Shown one piece after another: positions 11,468 to 23,996 of a DNA stretch of 64,000 nt; the stretch's first letter is position 1; the number at the start of each line of letters is the position of its first letter. This stretch comes from Eledone cirrhosa. Lineage: Eukaryota. Both the position numbers and the translations under genes were made by a program. The notes below the pieces were generated by a model that saw only the letters and a list, made by a program, of their open reading frames with translations, was not told the origin of the DNA and did no database searches. The stretch lies in the NCBI GenBank assembly GCA_964016885.1, contig OZ024744.1, forward strand, positions 61,690,001 to 61,754,000, written 5' to 3'.

Positions 11468-11745
11468 TAGAAGTGGTTACACAACAGTTAGTTCACCATA
11501 CCGAGAACAATTGTTTCACCTTAACGGATCTTCAGCTCGGGAGGTATATGGTTATAGGAACAGGAAGGACAACCGTTGTCCTTCCTGTTCCTATAACCAT
11601 ACACATCCCGAGCTGAAGATCCGCGAAAGTGAAACAATTGTTCTCGGTATGGTGAACTAACTGTTGTGTAACCACTTCTACCTAACTCGTCCCTTGGACT
11701 GAGTGCTCTACCACTACGGATATTACCCTCCAGTGTTCCACCACT
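11468..11745. ncRNA. About 210-bp palindrome carrying two divergent minimal hammerheads (11501-11540 minus, 11608-11647 plus)
   Basis: CCGAG-CTGAAGA-short stem II-GAAA-C-AATT-G-TT^CTCGG on each arm; centre about 11574; flanked by (TA)n. Confidence 0.75.
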
Positions 11746-11938
11746 ATATATATATATATATATAGTAAGGTGTATTATTGGTTGTGTAAAACGGTCCAAT
11801 AAATTTGTTAACAATATTAAGTTCTCCACGCTTTTGTATATCTCCAATTCCATTCAAGGGAACAGCTAGATGATGTAAAACGGAGTATAAGTATCAAAAT
11901 GAAAATCTGAAGGCAAGGTAAAATTCCAATCATTTTAA

Positions 11939-12007
11939 TCACGACAGATGTTTCAATAAGTGATAGATCGATCGTAATGATCAATTATCACTGATCTCAT
12001 CAGGTGA
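11939..12007 (-). ncRNA. Type I hammerhead ribozyme
   Basis: Minus strand TCAC-CTGATGA-[AGTGATA..GATC..GATC..TATCACT stem II]-GAAA-C-ATCT-G-TC^GTGA. Confidence 0.75.
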
Positions 12008-13044
12008 AAATGAATTGTCTTCAAATTCTTGATATGAAAATTAGGGAGAAAATTAGCAATGTTCACTCACAGAGTTTATTCCCTCATATGAAGATTCAGT
12101 AGTCAGAAATACGGCGACTGCTATCAGCTTCAGTTAGGGTTATAAAACTGTCAAATCTTCATAGCTGCGAAGGACGCTGGACATTAATCAGATCTGTAGA
12201 AATACAGTCGGTCACAGTTAATGTGAGTGGGTACACACACACACTCAACACCCAGACTCACCGGTTCGAGGTCAAAGAAAAAAAAAATATATATATATAC
12301 ACATATCAACACAGCATCAAACCTGTAGAACTATAGAAGGTCACAATTAGTGTGAGTGGGTACACACACACTCTCACACACACCGAAGCGATGTCATAGA
12401 AAAAAACAACAAATATAAGAATAAGAATATACCAACACAGCATTCACCGAAAGTTCGTTTACAAAACAACAAATGCTACATTGGTCAAATCTCAATTTGA
12501 CGATGTAAATTGGAAATATTGGGTTAACCACAGCCCCCCCCCCCCCCCACACACACACACAAGCAAGTAAGTTCAGTTCAGTGTTCTGTTATACATGTAT
12601 AGATTGAATTGTAACATCCGTATCTCCAAGTGTAAGTTATGGTATATACACATCCGTATCGTCCGAAAAAGTGTATGTCAGGTATATACACATCCATGTG
12701 AAGAGCAAGCAATCAGCTCATATCGAACTCAGTATGTACCGCTGTCCCATTGAGAGTCTGAGTCACCAAAAACCGTGCGTGCAAGAATATATATATAAAT
12801 ATTTGCTCTACGGTTCTTATATATTTGATATATATTTATCCTTATCGAGCCCTCTTTGGATTTTAGTCTTCAAATTTATTATTATTACTATATATATATA
12901 TATATATATATATGTAAAAGTTCTATTTAAATTGTTGGGATACAACAAGCAAATATTTTTATAACTGATATAAAGCACTCAACAAATATTTGGAGTAAAA
13001 ATAGGATATTAACAAATGGAAACTATATTTATAAAACCATATTT

Positions 13045-13107
13045 ATTTCATTATACATATTTCAAGGACACCAAGTTAAATTATGGTGTGCTTTCATCAG
13101 ATAAAAT
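13045..13107 (-). ncRNA. Minimal type I hammerhead ribozyme
   Basis: Minus strand ATTTTAT-CTGATGA-AAG.ACACCA..TGGTGT.CTT-GAAA-TATGTA-TA^ATGAAAT. Confidence 0.8.
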
Positions 13108-13607
13108 ATAATATAGATCAGTTTTATAAATAAATATTGACATACCCTTAAAGAATGCAACCATTGCTGTTGGAATATATAAAAAAGAAAAGAGGAATAA
13201 CGGAAAAAGGGAGGGAAGAAGTGGGGAGTGTTAAAGGGAACGGGGGGGGGGGGGGGTAAAGAAAAAGGAAAAAAAAAGAAAAAAAGAAAAAGAAGGAAAC
13301 ACCAAATAGAGGGGAATAAAAAAAAACTGTTGTTTTCAAATGCTAGATAAAATAAATTAAATCTATTCACTTAAACAATTGAATATCGCTTGTATTTTAT
13401 TAGGTTTTAGCTATTTATACTTTTATATTATATCTAGATTATTCAGTATAGATTAGCAATCACATATTTAATTTAATTATAAATTTATATAATTTAATTT
13501 AACTCATTATAGATTATTATAATTTTTAATTTTAAGGGAAGATTTTCAATAAATATTTTGTTATAACTTTAAAAGAATTAATCTTTAAAGCGTATTTAAA
13601 TAATTAT

Positions 13608-14467
13608 TAAACGGAAAAAATGAAACGAAATTTCATTTCCCACTCTTAGTACAGCTGCTTCTTAAATATAAGTATGTACATACATATATGTATACAGACG
13701 TACAGTAGTACGATTAACCCACTCGATATGCAAATTGGGCTACACAACCGTTAATATGCATAAGGTAAGTATATACGTTCAACAATCTGACAGGAAGGTA
13801 TACATTGCTGACGATAGCTAATAAGCGTGAAACTAGTACAGCGTTCCTGTGTCAGTGTTGAACAAACGAGCAACGATCGTTGCTAGACACTACGGCTTAA
13901 TACGGGATGTTTGTTTACGAACACACCGGGCATTATAATAAATGTTCGGTGAATCCATACGTACATATATATATGTGTGCATGTATGTATATATATATAC
14001 ATACTACTGTACGTCTGTATACATATATGTATGCACGTGTACATACTTATATTTAAGTAACAGCCGTACTAAGAGTGGAAAATGAAATTTTGTTTCATTT
14101 TTTCCGTTTATCGTTTTCGGTGCACCCGGCCGATTAAACCACTCGATATGCAAATTGGGCTACTCAGCCGTTAATATGCATAAGGTAAGTATATACGTTC
14201 AACAATCTGGCAGGAAGGTATACGTTGCTGACGATAGCTAATAAGCTTGAAACTAGTACAGCGTTCCTTTGTCAGTGTTGAACAAACGAGCAACGATGGT
14301 TGCTAGACACTACGGCTTAATACGGTATGTTTGTTTACAAACACACCGAGCATTATAATAAATGTTCGGTGAATCCATACGTACATATATATATGTGTGC
14401 ATGTATGTATATATATATATACATACTATTGTACGTCTGTATACATATATGTATGTACGTGTACATA

Positions 14468-14472
<5 letters not shown>
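13608..14472 (+). repeat. 420-bp tandem unit (about 1.8 copies) preceded by an inverted fragment; second hammerhead-bearing retrozyme-like family
   Basis: Units start 13711 and 14131; octamers at 13728 and 14148; hammerheads at 13802-13844 and 14222-14264 (AC[A/G]TTG-CTGACGA-TAGCT-AATA-AGC[G/T]T-GAAA-CTAG-TA^CAGCGT); 13608-13710 is an inverted unit tail; ends in (TA)n. Confidence 0.88.
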
Positions 14473-14532
<60 letters not shown>

Positions 14533-14587
14533 CGTTTCTGAATTTGTTTAGCAAGATTCTTTATCTGAAATCGTGTGTTGAAACCGA

Positions 14588-14836
14588 TATTGTTATACTT
14601 TGGGAGGGTCATGTTGCCAATAAGAAACACACGCACCAGTTGCTTTCACAGAACTATGACTATATATAAGAACTATGACTATATATAAACAACTATCTGG
14701 TTGTGGACCCAACCAACCAACCAGAAATTTATAAATTTATAAATTTATTATAAATTTATTATAATAAATTGAAGTGAAAGCAACTGGTGCGTGTGTTTCT
14801 TATTGGCAACATGACCCTCCCAAAGTATAACAATAT
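14588..14836. repeat. Inverted repeat with about 62-bp arms between (TA)n tracts
   Basis: atattgttatactttgggagggtcatgttgcc...gctttcac / gtgaaagc...ggcaacatgaccctcccaaagtataacaatat. Confidence 0.85.
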
Positions 14837-15549
14837 ATATATATATAGCTGAAAACTCTGCGTTAATCACTATACTTTAGACAATGTATCTACTTGACAA
14901 TAAATTCTTCGATATATGTTACAGTAAGTACTTCAGAAATTTTACATACCGAAAATATTGACACTGCGATATGTAATTTTTGTTAAAGATTACATATAAG
15001 AAAAAATTCAACAGTGTATATTTTTCTTTCGCGGGCCTAGTCAATCCTTTAATTTTGTTTTCTTAAAATTCAGAATTTTAGTAATGTAACACATTTAAAA
15101 CATTTATAAAATTTATAAAATTAATATAAATAACCATCAACTTTTAAAAACTTAAAATTTTGATTCTTCACCCTAAAATAACATAAATTAAATACTTTGA
15201 AACTTAACCGCTAAGTCCATATGGGGAAAATTTTCTTTGCATAAATTACTCCCCTTTATCTCTCCCTCTCTTTAATTATCTCTCGGTTGCCTTCATAAAC
15301 TGTAATAAAATTATATTTCCAGAGACGTCTTCCTCTATATTCCTAATTTGTAGTATCCCACATTTTAAAATCTCTATAACCGTTACATTAAAGCAACGTT
15401 TTCCTTACTCACACATTCTCTATTGAATCTATTACGTTTTCGCATTTTCTCATTATTAGGGTATAAATGTTGAGTTTTCTCATAGGTTAATCACTACCTT
15501 GATTAAATCTTAACCATTTAACATCTCAGGGTATGTCATGTATCATTAT

Positions 15550-15602
15550 ATTTTGTCTGATGAGGACGTTCTGTTGTACCTCTGAAATATGTATAATAAA
15601 AT
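15550..15602 (+). ncRNA. Minimal type I hammerhead ribozyme
   Basis: ATTTTGT-CTGATGA-[stem II]-GAAA-TATGTA-TA^ATAAAAT; stem II imperfect. Confidence 0.65.
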
Positions 15603-17066
15603 TTAATTGATCAAAAGAACATCTATTTTATTAATATTTGTATTTTAATATTATATATATATATATATAACGTAGATTACGTGTCGCTGGAGATATTAAT
15701 ATAGTTATCGATTCAGAAGGCAATGTCGAAAACGACATAATCCATTATAACAAAAATCCCCCTTTATTTGTTGTACAAATATAGAATCGAAATAACAAGA
15801 GAGGGTTGAGTAAGTCTTCACATCATGTTGGCTGCATATTCCAGTGGAGATGTGAAAGAATGGTGGCATATCAAATGTCGGACGTCTTGATGCTACCAGG
15901 TCGTTCAGTTAACTCTGTCTCTCTACCCTGTCAGCCAACTTTGTCTCTGGTCCAAGTAGTCCAGCAACTTGTCTCGATCCGTTGAGGGCCTTGATTGGCT
16001 CCACTTCAGCCAATTTATCTCTGTGACACCATTCTTCCGCCAAAGGAAAATACATTTAATTCTGTTCACTACATACATACTTATATATAAATACATATAT
16101 ATATATACATACTTATATATAAATACATATACTCCTATTCATAAATGTCCATATATATATATATATACAATGGTGCAGTGCTAAAAAAATAAAGGAGGGA
16201 AAACATTTAAAAAGTATTATAGAGATGCTGGTGGGTGTATGAGGGAATGCAGCAAATCTATATAGTTGTGAGTTGTAAGTTCTGTGGAGAAAAGGGGTGA
16301 AAAAAAACAGTTGGCTATGGGCTGGAACCAACATGGGGACAATAACAATGCCTGACTGATCAGCAGATAGGTTTAATCAATCTGTGTAACAATTGATTGG
16401 TCAGTGGTCTTTGTGTTTGGGACATCACTTTTCACTTTGGACAAAAAGAATTAGAATTACGGAAATAAAAAGACAATTTTAAATTTGATTTATTTGAAAT
16501 AGTAACAAAACATTATTCCCCACTATTCCCAAAAGTAGGGAACATCATTCCCACAGCTCTACACTGCTGCGCAATATACTACAAATGTACTTTTTCTTTT
16601 AAATTAAAATACCATGTAGCTGCCAAATAGAACATGTTCAGTTGTGTGTGTGTAAGCTGTCTGCACTGTCATCAAAAATAGGTAATGTATAATCTTAATC
16701 ACCAATTTAAAAAAAAAACATGGAGATGAAATATTCTGACCTTGAATAAATTCACAACACACCTGAGTAATTTTACAACATACAGGTTATTGGAAACTTG
16801 TGTAAGGTTAAAAGCACTACGGAATAAAAATAAGTGAAAACAACATTCTGTTTGCATATATTTGTTTTGTTCTTAACTTCAAGTAAAAACCAAGCAGTAT
16901 TAATGAAATAATTATAATAAGCGATTGCAGTCATGGCTGTATGGCTAAGTAGTTTGGTTTGCAACCACTGTGTGGGCAAGTATCTTCTACTATAGCTGTG
17001 GGTTGACCAATGTCTTATAGGTGAAACTTGATAGACAGAAACTGTAGAAGCCAAGCATATATATAT

Positions 17067-17656
17067 ATGTAAGTATGGGTTTGAATAATAATAATTGTTT
17101 CTACTTTTGGCACAAGGCCAGCAATTACCCAGTGTATTACTGGTACTTTATTTTATCGACCCCGTAAGGATGAAAGGCAAAGTTAACCTCGGCGGGATTT
17201 GAACTCAGAATGGCAAGGGCCGTAACTCCATGCGTCAAAGCATGGCGTCCGACCTTCTACCGATACTACCAATCTACCGGTTTGAATAATAATAATAATA
17301 TTTGATTAGTTTGCAAGCAAACGGCCTTACTAAGCTATGCTCTGTGTTGATGGCTATTGCCATTCATTTGTTCAACAGTAGCATCGAGGGACAATCAACA
17401 TGCTTCTGTGTCATTACTCTTCATCATGACTGTATACCTCTCTGCTACTTGATTAAACTGTTGAAAATATATAGTATTTTCTAAAATATACATCGACTAA
17501 TTAGCCTCATTTGCATACTGAGCAATTTTACAGCTGGCCTTGCCGAAAATTAAAAACAAAATTAGAATTTGATTTCTCGCACTAGCATAGCAGATTACAT
17601 AAATGTAAGTATGAGTTTGGAAAATGTTAATAATATTCGATTCGTTTGCAAGCAAA
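17067..17656 (-). repeat. Decayed about 335-bp retrozyme-like monomer with terminal redundancy (third family), interrupted by a SINE
   Basis: Direct repeat taataatatt.gatt.gtttgcaagcaaa at 17293 and 17628; octamer at 17509-17516; mutated hammerhead ACAGTC-(A)TGATGA-..-GAA(G)-CATG-TT^GATTGT at 17391-17433. Confidence 0.65.
17090..17278 (-). mobile_element. tRNA-related SINE family A, full-length with TSD
   Basis: B-box-like GAGTTCAAATCC on minus strand, (TTA)n tail, duplicated target GGTTTGAATAAT at 17078 and 17279. Confidence 0.85.
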
Positions 17657-17729
17657 TATTATTCCAAGGTTGCTAGACTGAGAGGTGGCAGTGTGGATGA
17701 GCTCACACTGCTTAAAAATGCTCCTCATG

Positions 17730-20390
17730 CCATGCACCTCAAATAACCTCTGGCATCCAAGTTCAACTCCTGGCCTTCTTGTGTGGCTTAATGTGTAAGC
17801 CCAGCAGAACTGACTTTATCCATATGCATGACATATCTAAAGCAACATAATCTTCTCTTTTGTTCACTACATCTAATTCCTCTTATATCCAACTCAGTTC
17901 ATCTACATCCCATTGTTGATACACTCTAACATTGTACATCTACATGTTTGCTTTATTTCTCTCTAGCCCCTACATATCCTCTATTTTTATACCCTATGTC
18001 TCACTGCCATGCAACATCACACTTCTCACACAGGCATCATACAATCTACCCTTTGCTCATAGAGAAAATCCCTTTATCAACAGAGGTAGTGGCTTTCTTA
18101 AACTTTTCCAGCCTGTTCTCCAAGCTACTATTCTTTGGGAGCAATCCCCTCCACTACTAATTTGGAAATAAAGCCACTTCTATAGCACATTCCTGGGATT
18201 GGAAAATGTTTATTTCACTGCTGCTCTTACTACACATTAATCCTGTGCATCTTCCATATGCAAAGTCTGTATTTTATGTTAACTTGTCAACAATCCCACT
18301 ACACCTCTTGTATACCTATACCTTACATTAAGTACATCATATAGAATTTGTACATATTGTGCTTGATGGGATCTAAGTCTTGTTTTCTTTCCTACTTACT
18401 AAAACTTTAGTCTTTCCTAAGTTTACTCTGAGCTCTTTGGATTCTAAGTTCTGTTTTCATAACAGGAATTTTTTCTGAAGCTCTTCCATTGATTCAATTA
18501 TAAGAACCAGGTCATCAGCATACAAAAGTTTCTATGAATATCCAGTCTTAAACTACATAATTTTGGCCTATAATAAACAAAAGTAGGCCAAGGACTGAGC
18601 CCTGATGAGCACCTACTTGCACATTGAAGTCATCACTAAACTCACTACCTACTCTAATTTTACTGAAAGTACCACTGTACATGGCTTGCATTACACTCAC
18701 AAATCATTCTTATACACCTAGTTTGCTTAAGGACCACCAGATAACAGATACTCTGTCAAAAGCCTTCTCAAAATCATTGAAAGTTATATATAGCAGTTTA
18801 CACTTAGCTAGAAACTTCTCTCGTAGTCATATCACTAAGGAGAAGATATCTGTGGTTCTCCTAGATGCAAAAACCAAATTGCACCACATTTAATTTGACT
18901 CTTTCCCTAATTAGTTGTGCTAACACTTTCTCTCACTTTCATAATTGGTTTCATGCCTCTGCTGTTTCTCCTTTCTAGAGCATCACCTTTTCCCTTGTAA
19001 CAATTAATGATTATACTGCTATACCAGTCATTAGGTATGATACCATCATATATTGCCTGATTGAAAATGAAAGTGAATAGCTCAAGTCTTATTTAATCAG
19101 ATCATTTCAGCATCATAGTAACTATCTCTGACAGTCCAGTAGCCTTACCATTTTTCATATTTCTGATTGCTTCATTGACCTTATAACTGTTGAGTCTATT
19201 GGAGGTAATCCTGCCTCCCTCCACTCTTTTTTCATATTCATCAACTTCCCATTGTAGAATTTCCAGGCCTCTTTTTTCTGAACATCAGTGTCTGTGTCAT
19301 TCTGAGCACACTTCTCCCCAAGACATTTTAATTCACTGTCATTTTCTTGTATATGAGACTGTTCTTGTCTCAGGCTGTCATCCACCTGATTGAGATCAGG
19401 TTCCAGGGCCCACTGTGAGGAGGTTGGCAACTTTAGCCCCTTGATTCACCATGACACACTGCTTTACATTGTTGAACACCTCATATCATTGATCTTCGAG
19501 TTGTATCACATTAGCAAACCTTTTTTTTTTGCTCCTCTCTGTGCTAAGTAACCCTGTCATCTAGTTTCCCTTTTAGTTACTTAGTATTGCTCTTTACTGC
19601 ACCCCTTTTTTTCCCAAAGAAACTTCCAGTTGTCCCTTATGTCATATGTATTTATCATTCCCTCCCTCTTATATTTGCATTGCGTAAAGCTTTTCCGAGC
19701 CTACATGTAACAGAAGGTCTTTTAGTTTCCATACTCCCCTACTCGAAATTTATGTTTGGAAAAAACTTAATTAACCATTTGTCTATCACATTTTCTAATG
19801 AGTATGAAGTCAATCTGGCTTACATATTCATCTGATTGGTAAGTGATCAAATGATTGGCATGTTTCCTGATGTTAGTGTTATAAATGGTTAGGTCATTTT
19901 TATCACAGAATTCTAGATGCCTTTATCCTTCTTCACTCCTCGAGCTATATCTAAAGCCACCATGCACTCCATTGTGGTAGCCATCTTAGTGTTTCCCAAC
20001 ATGCCATTGATGTCACCCACCAGGATAATGAGGTCTCTGTCATATGTTATTGAAGCAGTCTTTCTGTTCTCTACTTAGTTCTAATTGTGGTGCAATTCTA
20101 TTGCTTATGACTATTCAGAGCCATATAATTCTGTTATTTATTCTAACTATCCCCATTTACTTTGTCTATCCATTTTTTATATAGTAAAATGCAAGAAATA
20201 CCTACCTCATTATCATTTCCTCTCCACAAGAACTTGTATCTAAACTGTTTGCCTGTGAGGAGTCTGGCTGATGAAGTTTTCCATCTCATCTTTTGCACAT
20301 AGCACACATCTACTTATCTCCCTTCAAATATCCCCACAATTTCACTCAATCTCTTTTTCAGTATGACAACATTAAGTGTAGAAGCCATGG
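17730..20390 (-). mobile_element. RTE/BovB LINE, heavily decayed
   Basis: Reverse strand retains APE start (TLNVV), VQVGAHQGSVL and LLYADDLVL motifs homologous to the 48575-51610 copy; many stops. Confidence 0.85.
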
Positions 20391-21614
20391 GAATTCCTTT
20401 GTGGTTGGTTCATATTTTAGTATTAGCTCCCTGTATCTGAAAGGGAATATGTGATTGACAATTGAGGAGCTCTTTGAACTCGGCTAGTCCAGCCACCCCC
20501 CTACCAAGTGCAGCACTAACATGATTAGTGTCAGCAATGTTCATGCAATTATCTTTAATACATACACGCAATCACACACATGTATACAATTTATTTCAAA
20601 TAACAATGACTTCTACAAGACTAACTGCTAATAGTAGGATTAATGGAGGTGGTGGTGGTAGTGTTTGTGGCTGTGGTAAGGAGGGGAAGGTGAAGACTGT
20701 AGTTTTCTTTTATTGAACTAAAATTTAGATTTTTTTTAAAATAATCAGTTATTTAATGCATGCACTTTAGTTCAATTAGCTGTCATCTGCTAAACTGAAC
20801 CTTTTGCAAAGAACTCAGGTTCCAGTTAGATTAATTTATTCAATGACAATAAAGTACACAGTGAAACATGTAATAGGATAGGGATTTACCACAACCAGAA
20901 TTTAGTCACAGACAGTTCTATGTTGTAGACTCTAGGCTAGGAAATTAACTGGTCTTTTTGTTAGGGTAATAAAGCAATGTATAAAGAGAAGTATTAAATT
21001 AATGGCATAGATTATGATAATGATAATTAATGTTATAATGATTAAATTGATGCAATGATGTAGTAAACAAATATATACCAGAGTAATTATTGTGTCTTAA
21101 TTTACAACAACCCTGGAATTTCCACAAGTCCAAATGATAATAATAATAATATTAAAACAATGTTGTCTCTGAATGAGACAAAGTGAGATTGTATTTGAAT
21201 ATATATAAAAATGAGAAAACTCATCATTAGAACAGCTGTTAAAACAGCTAAATGCTGTCAAAGACAGCGATAGGCAAAGGTGCTTCAGACGACAGGTCAA
21301 CCAGCAGTCAGTGGTCAACAGAGAGACAATTCACAAGGTGGGTGACAAGCAGATGAAATATAGAAAAGATTGAAAGAAGGGGAGGACAAGGAGCAGTGTG
21401 TTGGTGCACAGAAGTGACTGGAAGAGGAAATAAAGAAAGGTGATGTATAAGACAAGTTTATACACACACATCTTCACTCCCATCTGCTCTGAAACTAGAA
21501 AATGGTTTCGCACTTTGCTGGTTTGAGAGCTGATGAGGGTGAAGATGCGTGCATGTAAACTTGTCCTACACATCTCCTTTCCCAAAATACAGTAGTAGTC
21601 TCAATGTGTGCAAG

Positions 21615-22225
21615 GTACGATGTGGCCACCAGGCCAGACTTGGCTCATATTGAGACCACTCTGTAATACAGATCCTTTATGGCTTGGCAGGCTATTTTAT
21701 GAGTAAAGGCTTGGTGTGGCCAACTGGCCTAACCTTCCTCATAGTGGGACCACCCATTTCCCAAATTATGGTTCTGATCTGTGCAGGGTACCAACTTGGC
21801 CGGAATCTCCTCATAACAGCGCCACCCAGGGCTCTACTATGAGTAAGTGTGGCCAACTGGTTGGACCTCCCTCATAATGGACCGACCAAGCACCCAAATC
21901 ACAGCAACAGTCCCGATATTATGCAAGGTATGGTGTGGCCATCTGGCCTCACTTTCAATTAACACAGCTTCACTATGTGTAAAACTTGGCACGGCCAACT
22001 GGCCAGAGCTCCCTCATAGTGGGACCATCCAGCTCCCAAACTATGGCTCTGCTGTGAGCAGAATATGGTGCGGCCAACTGGCCTGACCCTGACCATAACA
22101 GTGCCATCCAGTTCTGCACTATAAATCTGGATGCGGCTCCCAAACTATAGTTCTGCTGTGAGCAGGTTATGTTGTATCCAACTGTCCTGTTCCTCACCAT
22201 AACAGTGCCATCCAGCTCCACATTG
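21615..22225. repeat. Degenerate GC-rich minisatellite, about 60-80-bp units
   Basis: Recurring GTGGCCAACTGGCC...CCTCATAGTGGGACCA..CCCAAACTATGG. Confidence 0.7.
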
Positions 22226-22229
22226 TAAA

Positions 22230-22662
22230 TATGGTTTGGCAATATTGGTAGAGGGTTGGACGCCATGCATTGCAGCATAGAGTTACGACCCTTATGGTCT
22301 GAGTTTAAATTCTGTCGAGGTTAACTTTGCCTTTCATCCTTACAGGGTCGATAAAGTACCAGTAATGCACTAGGATAATTGTTGGCCTTGTGCCAAATGT
22401 AGAAACAATTATTTGTACCTTACGGGGTCACTAAAATAAAGCACCAGTAATGCACTGGAAATTGCTGGCCTTGTGCCAAAAGTAGAAACAATTATTTGTA
22501 CCTTATGGGGTCACTAAAATAAAGCACCAGTAATGCACTGGAAATTGCTGGTCTTGTGCCAAAAGTAGAAACAATTATTTGTACCTTATGGGGTCACTAA
22601 AATAAAGTACCAGTAATGCACTGGAAATTGCTGGTCTTGTGCCAAAAGTAGAAACAATTATT
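22230..22662 (+). mobile_element. SINE family A with tandemly amplified about 84-bp 3' end
   Basis: Head with B-box-like GAGTTTAAATTC, then four copies of ccttac/tggggtc..ccagtaatgcact..tgtgccaaa.gtagaaacaattatt. Confidence 0.85.
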
Positions 22663-22699
22663 TTGTACTGTTGTGGAAAGTTGTAAGCCTAATTAATAA

Positions 22700-22850
22700 A
22701 GTGTTCCTCAATTTCCAAATCCACAATTCCAATGAGGAGTGGCTGCATGAAATAGCAATCCTTGCTCCCAAAACATCAGTGAATGCCATCAACAAAATTT
22801 CTCACAAATGATCCCTTGAGGCAGCCAGACCTATCAATCTATCAATCTAA
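22700..22850 (+). mobile_element. Helitron helicase fragment
   Basis: Translates VF..NEEWLHEIAILAPK..VNAIN, matching the Pif1-like WLxERAILAPKN motif. Confidence 0.6.
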
Positions 22851-23109
22851 AAACATTGTATATATAGAAGCTCTGTAAATGTTTTATAATTTTCGTTGAA
22901 TACTTTTTACTATTATTTTCTTTATTACTTTCTGTTTCTTCTAATTAATTTTTTTAAAATTACGTTATGTGATATCTAAATACCTTTTAACGTCTTTTAT
23001 TCTAAGAAAAACGGACATTACGACAGATGACAATAGGTGCCTTATGAATAGATATGAACACAGTACCGGCCGGGGTGAAGGCCGAAAGTCCACCAGTATA
23101 TATACATAT

Positions 23110-23432
23110 ACAGTTGTCCCCCCCGGCAGGGGTTACGTTCCTAGAGCACCCGCGAAGAGTGGAGAACCGGGAATATTGGACGTGGTCCATTAAAATGCCT
23201 ATAAACGTCAAAACATAACATAAAATATAGGCCAGCAAATATGGTATATTGTTATTAATAATTTAGCGTTAAAAAGCGCGAAAACATATGTATTGCCACG
23301 AAAAAGCCATTAAAAAATTGCGGAAGATATTTACGATTCCGCGAATATGCGGTGGTTTCCACCAACAATTATTAGTTAGCTTCTAAGGAAAATTCCGCGA
23401 ATAATCGCGACTGCGAATACCGGGGTACACTG
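23110..23432. mobile_element. Tc1/mariner (pogo/Tigger-like) MITE
   Basis: TA|CAGTTGTCCCCCCGG...CCGGGGTACACTG|TA; homologous to 2899-3250. Confidence 0.75.
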
Positions 23433-23996
23433 TATATACATGACGCTTCGACGACCTTTTTTAATTTATTTATATATACATACAATGACATTCAGCACAA
23501 TTTCCATCTACTTAATTTTACTCACAAGATATCACACAGCAACAGTAAAAATGAACTTAAAGCTTCATGGTAGCAAAGCAAACACTAACTGCATGTCCAT
23601 ACCTGGACCTAATGTGTGTGTGTGTGGGGGGGGGGGGGTATGTCTGTGCGTTTATGTGTTTGTGTGTGTGTGTGAGTGTGTCTGGATATGTCTTTGCGTT
23701 TGTGCGTCTTTGCGTTTGTGTGCCTGTGCGTTTGTTTGTGTGTGCATGTGTGTATGCGTGTTGCTTTAGTGGTTTCAAAACACAAATCTTTTTCTTTTCT
23801 TTTCTTTCCTGCCCCCCCCCCCCCCCCCCTTTTTTTTTTTTACAATACTTTATGATATTTATAAAGTATTGTAAATCTACTGTGAATCACAGCTTGTATG
23901 ACAATTGCATGTCACAGTTCACTGAGCCAAAGCATGTCTTTTGTTCATATTTTCTCTTTAGTTTTTATCATTTGTTTATTGCTTCAGTTATTGACG

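Noticed and set aside
15668-16073. Possible second solo LTR
   Set aside because: Ends in CTACA and has a minus-strand AATAAA, but no clear TG start or TSD
21528-21560. CTGATGA motif
   Set aside because: No paired stem II followed by GAAA
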